From NCBI GenBank assembly GCA_965248055.1, contig CBDFIJ010000004.1, positions 2,240,001 to 2,304,000 on the forward strand: a stretch of 64,000 nt of DNA, read 5' to 3'. Source of the stretch: Candidatus Multivoradales bacterium. GTDB taxonomy: Bacteria; Acidobacteriota; Thermoanaerobaculia; Multivoradales; JAHEKO01. A program made the position numbers and the translations under genes. Below, piece by piece: positions 59,198 to 64,000 of this stretch (positions are counted from its first letter, which is position 1; every line of letters begins with the position of its first letter). The notes under the pieces were generated by a model that saw nothing but the letters and a program-made list of their open reading frames with translations, had not been told where the DNA came from and ran no database searches.

Positions 59198-59826
59198 CTT
59201 GTTTAACAGAAGAACGGATCCAACAGTGGATCGACCAAGAACTTGATAACAGTGCGCGAACAGCTGCGGACGAGCACTTGGATGAATGTCCGTCCTGCCG
59301 CCAGCGGATCGAAGAATTGATGGTCGTGGTTCATGCGACCGAGCATCTACCGATGTCGATCGACACGCCCCGCGACCTGTGGCCGGAAATTCTCACTCAG
59401 CTTAAGCCAGCGTCTCCAACCCGACACCTCCCGGCCTGGTGGCAACTTGCCGCCGCAGCTGCGGTTCTGGTCATGGGGGTATGGATTGGCAGCCAGTGGA
59501 ACCGGCAGAATGCAGCGCCTTCACAAACGGATCAGGCTTATGCAGCCTTGGCTGTTCAAGTGGACAACTTACGCAACCAATTAACGACCTTGGTCGCCGA
59601 GCGCGGAGATCAATTTGATCCTGCGACGGTGGTCGCGGTCAACGAAACTCTGACGACCCTCAACGGGGCAAACGCGGAATTCACGCGGGCATTGGAAAAG
59701 GACCCGGCGAACCGTCGTTTGCAATCGATGAGAGCGTCGTCAGCGAAAAAAGAAGCACACGTGCTGGCCGATTTGGTCGTCGCCCTGAATGGGGCATCGA
59801 TGGCCGGAATCGACCCAACAACTTAG
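59194..59826 (+). CDS. zf-HC2 anti-sigma factor
   Basis: HLDECPSC plus a transmembrane helix. Confidence 0.87.
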   Translation: MTCLTEERIQQWIDQELDNSARTAADEHLDECPSCRQRIEELMVVVHATEHLPMSIDTPRDLWPEILTQLKPASPTRHLPAWWQLAAAAAVLVMGVWIGSQWNRQNAAPSQTDQAYAALAVQVDNLRNQLTTLVAERGDQFDPATVVAVNETLTTLNGANAEFTRALEKDPANRRLQSMRASSAKKEAHVLADLVVALNGASMAGIDPTT

Positions 59827-59838
59827 GAGATACGCAAA

Positions 59839-60744
59839 ATGAAATTAACGATAAAGATTCTTATTCTGATGCTGGTGGCAAGCGTCAGCCAGCAACTGTA
59901 CGCGGGTGAAACCGTGGACCGCACCCTGCCGGCAAACTCTGACGTCGAGATCTGGGTCGAGAATAACGCAGGCGAGGTGATCATCGAGGCGTGGGAGCGC
60001 AACGAGGTTCGCATCTTGGCCGAGATCGGTGACGACGTCGATGAATTGGAGATTGAGGGCGATGAGGGCGGTTACTCGTTCGTTGTCGAAATAAACAACG
60101 ACCACAACAGAGGTTGGAGATTCGGCGGCGACAAGGATGTTGAGAGCAAGCTTGAGCTTTGGGTTCCCGCAGGAGCCCATGTGCAGAGCGAAACAGTGAG
60201 CGCTTCCGCTTCCGTGACCGGAGTTCACGGTGGTCTAGAGATCGAATCGGTCAGTGGTTCGGTGGATTTACGTGGCGTAAGCGGCGGAGTCGAAGCTGAG
60301 ACCGTCAGTGGTGACCTGCAGGTGGAAGCTGAAGGGGATTCGGTTTACGCCGAGTCGTTCAGCGGTACGGTGAGCGTCAGTGGAGCCAGCGGCGATATTC
60401 AGGCCGCGTCGGTGTCAGGTTCGGTCAAGATTGGCGACAGCACCGCGCGAGAGCTGGACCTTGAAACCGTCAGTGGCTCGATTACCTTTGAAGGCTCTTT
60501 GGCATCCGGTGCCGAAGTTAGCGCTGAAAGCGTGAGTGGGTCCGTCAAGTTGATCCTTCCCGCCGGTATCGAAGCTGACTTTGAGATTGAGACCTTTTCC
60601 GGGTCGATTTCTTCTGATTTCGGCGGTAACGCGGAGCGTCATTCTAAGTATGCGCCCGGACAATCGCTCAATTACAGCACCGGCGACGACGTGGAGATCT
60701 GCATCGAAACCCTAAGTGGCTCGGTTTTGCTGATCTCTCGCTAG
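59839..60744 (+). CDS. DUF4097 beta-repeat secreted protein
   Basis: Repeated E(S/T)VSG units. Confidence 0.88.
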   Translation: MKLTIKILILMLVASVSQQLYAGETVDRTLPANSDVEIWVENNAGEVIIEAWERNEVRILAEIGDDVDELEIEGDEGGYSFVVEINNDHNRGWRFGGDKDVESKLELWVPAGAHVQSETVSASASVTGVHGGLEIESVSGSVDLRGVSGGVEAETVSGDLQVEAEGDSVYAESFSGTVSVSGASGDIQAASVSGSVKIGDSTARELDLETVSGSITFEGSLASGAEVSAESVSGSVKLILPAGIEADFEIETFSGSISSDFGGNAERHSKYAPGQSLNYSTGDDVEICIETLSGSVLLISR

Positions 60745-60765
60745 AGCGAGAACCTTCGATTCTCG

Positions 60766-60797
60766 ACACGCCGGCCTTTGGGCCGGCGTGTTTTTTT
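60766..60797 (+). terminator. Intrinsic terminator of the ECF operon
   Basis: ACACGCCGGCC-TTTG-GGCCGGCGTGT followed by a T run. Confidence 0.85.
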
Positions 60798-60827
60798 GTG
60801 CAAAGAGACGGATTGTAGTAGCGTGAC

Positions 60828-60857
60828 AAAAAAGTGGGGTGGCTCTCGCCACCCCAT
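60828..60857 (-). terminator. Intrinsic terminator downstream of glnA
   Basis: TGGGGTGGC-GAGA-GCCACCCCA-CTTTTTT on the minus strand. Confidence 0.85.
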
Positions 60858-60923
60858 ATGGAGGAGGGAACCGCAGGGCCGGCGGTCGCCGGCCCTTTGG
60901 AACAGTTGACTATACAACTTGGC

Positions 60924-62249
60924 CTAGAAAGCTTCTAGGTATTCGTCACATTCCCACGGGTGAACATGGGAGATGTAAGTTGACCATTCGCGGCGCTTCG
61001 CGGCCAGGAAGTGCGATGTGATGTGCTCTCCCAAGGCAGAAGTAAGGATTCGGTCGCGCTCCAGATTGTCGAGAGCACTCGACAGATCGGGGGGCAGTTG
61101 CTTGATCTTTAGCCGCTTCTTTTGTCGCTGACTCATGGCGAAAATATTCTGCTCCACGGGTTCCGGAGCAGTCATTTGTTCGTCGACACCATCGAGACCG
61201 GCTGCCAACATCACGGCTATTGCCAGGTAGGGATTGCAAGACGGGTCGGGCACCCGTAGTTCACAGCGAGTTGACATCCCTCGTTTGGCAGGAACTCGCA
61301 CCAGAGGGCTTCGATTCCTCTCCGACCAGGCAATATTGGTCGGTGCCTCATAGCCAGGAACCAAACGTTTGTAGGAGTTAACCAGCGGGTTGGTAATCGC
61401 CACCAAGGAAGGGGCGTGGGCTAGCAGTCCAGCGATATAACCGGTGGCTACCGACGAGAGTTGGCGAGGCGCTTTGGGGTCATGAAACGCGTTCTCGCCG
61501 TTCTTGAGCAGGCTCATGTTGCAGTGCATGCCGGACCCGTTGACTCCAAAGATTGGTTTGGGCATAAATGTGGCGTGCAGGTCGTGATCGAGGGCGACCT
61601 TCTTGACCACGAAACGAAATGTCGTGATGTTGTCGGCACAGGAGATCGCCTCACTGTATTTAAAGTCCACTTCGTGCTGTCCTGGAGCGACCTCGTGATG
61701 GGCTGCTTCCACTTCAAAGCCCATCGCCTCCAAGACAAGGACGATATCGCGTCGACACTCTTCCCCGCGATCCACCGGAGTGAGGTCAAAATAGCCACCC
61801 ACGTCGTGGGTGTCCAAAACCGGATCGCCAAATTCGTCCCGCTGAAGCAGAAAAAACTCGGCCTCGGGTCCAACCACCATTTCATAGCCAAGCCTGGACG
61901 CCCGGGCAACTTGTCGTTTCAGGGTTAGGCGTGGACACCCCTCAAATCCGGAGCCGTCAGGACGATGAACGTCACATATCAAACGGGCCACCTTGGACCC
62001 GTCTGGAGTGGTCCAAGGATTGACCTGAAAGGTATTTAGGTCGGGCACCAGCAACATGTCCGATTCCTCAATGCGGGTAAATCCCTCGATCGAAGAACCG
62101 TCGAACATGATTTGTCCGTCGAGTGCTTTCTCAAACTGACTGCGGGGCACCTCTACATTCTTGATAATGCCCATGATGTCGGTGAACTGGAGCCGTAGAA
62201 AGTGTGCGCCCTCTTTGTCGGCTACCTTGAGGATTTCCGCTGCTTGCAT
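60924..62249 (-). CDS. glnA: Glutamine synthetase type I
   Basis: FDGSSIEGF, HHEVAPGQHE, FMPKP..GVNGSGMH, YKRLVPGYEAP. Confidence 0.96.
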   Translation of the reverse strand: MQAAEILKVADKEGAHFLRLQFTDIMGIIKNVEVPRSQFEKALDGQIMFDGSSIEGFTRIEESDMLLVPDLNTFQVNPWTTPDGSKVARLICDVHRPDGSGFEGCPRLTLKRQVARASRLGYEMVVGPEAEFFLLQRDEFGDPVLDTHDVGGYFDLTPVDRGEECRRDIVLVLEAMGFEVEAAHHEVAPGQHEVDFKYSEAISCADNITTFRFVVKKVALDHDLHATFMPKPIFGVNGSGMHCNMSLLKNGENAFHDPKAPRQLSSVATGYIAGLLAHAPSLVAITNPLVNSYKRLVPGYEAPTNIAWSERNRSPLVRVPAKRGMSTRCELRVPDPSCNPYLAIAVMLAAGLDGVDEQMTAPEPVEQNIFAMSQRQKKRLKIKQLPPDLSSALDNLERDRILTSALGEHITSHFLAAKRREWSTYISHVHPWECDEYLEAF

Positions 62250-62530
62250 ATTGGTGGATTCTCCGTTCTTGTGGTTCCCAGTTGTGATCTCATAATTTAC
62301 CAGAATCGGCTAAATCTACAAGTCACCTTGATAAGAAACAACCGCAAATCGAAAGAGTGACCACCGATAATGGTCAATTCGACAAAAATGACACATCACT
62401 CGACGCTAAGAAAGATAGACTGTGACTATCGGCACATGGACAATTCTCGTTTTCTGCTTACAATTCAGCAATCCGTCGGCGGAAAATGTTAAGTCTCTGG
62501 CACTGAGGCACCGTCGGCTGGGTGTCGCTT

Positions 62531-62890
62531 ATGGAACACGTCAGCCTAGAAGACCTGCGCAAGCTGGTATTGCTGCAAGACGGCAGAACGAACCCACGGG
62601 TGGTGGAACACTTGGTGAGTGGGTGTAAGCAATGTAGCGATCTGATTAAGCGAGAGTTGATCGATAGCGGGCGGCTCAAACCAGAAAGTGGAATGTGGCA
62701 TGCCAGCGATCGAGAAATTGACCTTTTTATTATCGACCTACCGGCAACGCCGATCGAAGTGATTAGCCACCTCAGGGACGGCTGTGGCTACTGCATCGAG
62801 CGGGCTCGTAAGGTTTTCCGTGATCACTTTGGGGCCTTGCCCTCCAGTGGATTGGGACTTGTGGAAGAAAAGACTCCGAGGGAGAAGTAG
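62531..62890 (+). CDS. Small soluble protein with two ZAS-like zinc motifs
   Basis: HLVSGCKQC and HLRDGCGYC. Confidence 0.7.
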   Translation: MEHVSLEDLRKLVLLQDGRTNPRVVEHLVSGCKQCSDLIKRELIDSGRLKPESGMWHASDREIDLFIIDLPATPIEVISHLRDGCGYCIERARKVFRDHFGALPSSGLGLVEEKTPREK

Positions 62891-64000
62891 ATGACACACG
62901 TTACTGAATCGGTTGCTCGCCAAGTGGTATGTCGAGATATTGGTTCGAGGGAGCAGCAAGAGGTCGTCGGCCACCTGTTGGACGGATGCCAAGAATGCTT
63001 GGAGCGAATGCGCGAGGCGATGGCGGACCACTGGACGCAGCAACATCGTGAACGTTGTGCCGAGGCCGATTTTTTCGATTCTTGGGTCGACGAGTTGGAC
63101 GGACTTACAGCTCAGCAACAACGAGAGTTTGTCTTAGCCAAAGAGCGAGTTCCCAGTCGTGGGTTCGTCGATCGCTTGGCGCAAGAGAGCTATCGCTGGA
63201 TGAATGAAGATCCCAACCGGGCAATGGTCTTGGCAGAACTGAGCACCGCGGTGGCAAAACGCTACGCTGAAATCGCACGAGATGAACAGAGTGGATTCGA
63301 CGCTCGAGCGAATGCCACGATCCAGTTGGCCAACGTTTATCGTCGCTGTCGATCCGACTTTGCCCGGGCGGAAACCTTGTTGGCGGAAGCCGATGTGTTG
63401 TTAGAGCAGGGTACCGGCGATCCCTATCTGCGCGCCGACCAGCTGCGGGTTCTAGGTTTGATGTGCAATGAGCAGACGAAATGTGAACAAGCTATTGAGG
63501 CCATAGAGCGGGTTTGGAGAATCCATGCCGCGATGGACGACTGGGGTGCAGTTGGTCGTTCATTGGTAGATCGGGGGATCGTCTTGGCTGAGGCTGATCG
63601 ATTTCAAGACGCGATAGTTAGTCTTCGCACCGCCCTCGGACTTGTCGCTGAGATTCCGGACAGCAGATTTCCGTTGGTTGCAAGCCATAACTTAGCGTTC
63701 TGGCATTCTGAAAATGGTGAAACGGAAACAGCTGTTGAATTACTTGGGGTGGCCGAACGGTGGTGTGAGCAAGTCGGCATGCGTTCCGACCGTCTGCGTG
63801 TAGTTTGGACTCGCGCTAGGTTGCTATCTCGGAATGAAGACCTAGAACAAGCCTCTGCAGCGTTTGCCGAAACTCGGAATGGATTCGTTGACATGGGAAT
63901 GGCGTTCGAAGCTAGCCATGTGACCCTGGATCACGCCGCCGTTTTATTGCAGATGGGTCGATTTGTCGAGCTAAAGAAACAGTGCCGAGAGAGCTACGAA
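62891..64000 (+). CDS. ZAS-motif plus TPR protein (runs off the window end)
   Basis: Translated by hand: MTHVTES...HLLDGCQEC...LLEQGTGDPYLRA...ASHNLAFW...RLRVVWTRARL. Confidence 0.82.
   Translation, partial: MTHVTESVARQVVCRDIGSREQQEVVGHLLDGCQECLERMREAMADHWTQQHRERCAEADFFDSWVDELDGLTAQQQREFVLAKERVPSRGFVDRLAQESYRWMNEDPNRAMVLAELSTAVAKRYAEIARDEQSGFDARANATIQLANVYRRCRSDFARAETLLAEADVLLEQGTGDPYLRADQLRVLGLMCNEQTKCEQAIEAIERVWRIHAAMDDWGAVGRSLVDRGIVLAEADRFQDAIVSLRTALGLVAEIPDSRFPLVASHNLAFWHSENGETETAVELLGVAERWCEQVGMRSDRLRVVWTRARLLSRNEDLEQASAAFAETRNGFVDMGMAFEASHVTLDHAAVLLQMGRFVELKKQCRESYE

Noticed and set aside
1-64000. CRISPR array, rRNA or known riboswitch
   Set aside because: No regularly spaced repeats or recognisable conserved RNA motifs by eye; an Infernal/Rfam scan would be needed to exclude riboswitches.

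Overview
Bacterial chromosomal window. Gene content (Oar-type TonB receptors, CRTAC1/TPR lipoproteins, ECF-zf-HC2-DUF4097 operon, ZAS-TPR proteins) suggests Acidobacteriota, probably Thermoanaerobaculia-like; this is inference. Core loci: two tandem TonB receptors, a DtxR/MntR-multicopper oxidase-ZIP locus, NfeD-flotillin, amino-acid permease/DDAH, an exported-peptidase cluster, a cytochrome ba3 oxidase operon with an OprC-like receptor, two ECF operons, an ABC exporter and glnA. Two accessory zones stand out. (1) About 14.9-22.6 kb is a decayed tandem island array. It holds two homologous ~140-bp attP-like arms ending in a tRNA-Sec anticodon-loop core, which bracket a 3.2-kb integrase-less cassette encoding a secreted multi-Ig protein plus a Cys-rich secreted peptide. 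(2) About 48.5-51.8 kb holds TA-like modules and a duplicated Spy-like gene separated by GGGACAC/GTGTCCC palindromes. Other notable observations: two IS3-like elements whose true ends lie 7 bp outside their inverted repeats, a bidirectional leaderless promoter built from two start codons, and a structured glnA 3' region with an anti-Shine-Dalgarno seed. No CRISPR array, rRNA or intact tRNA was seen.
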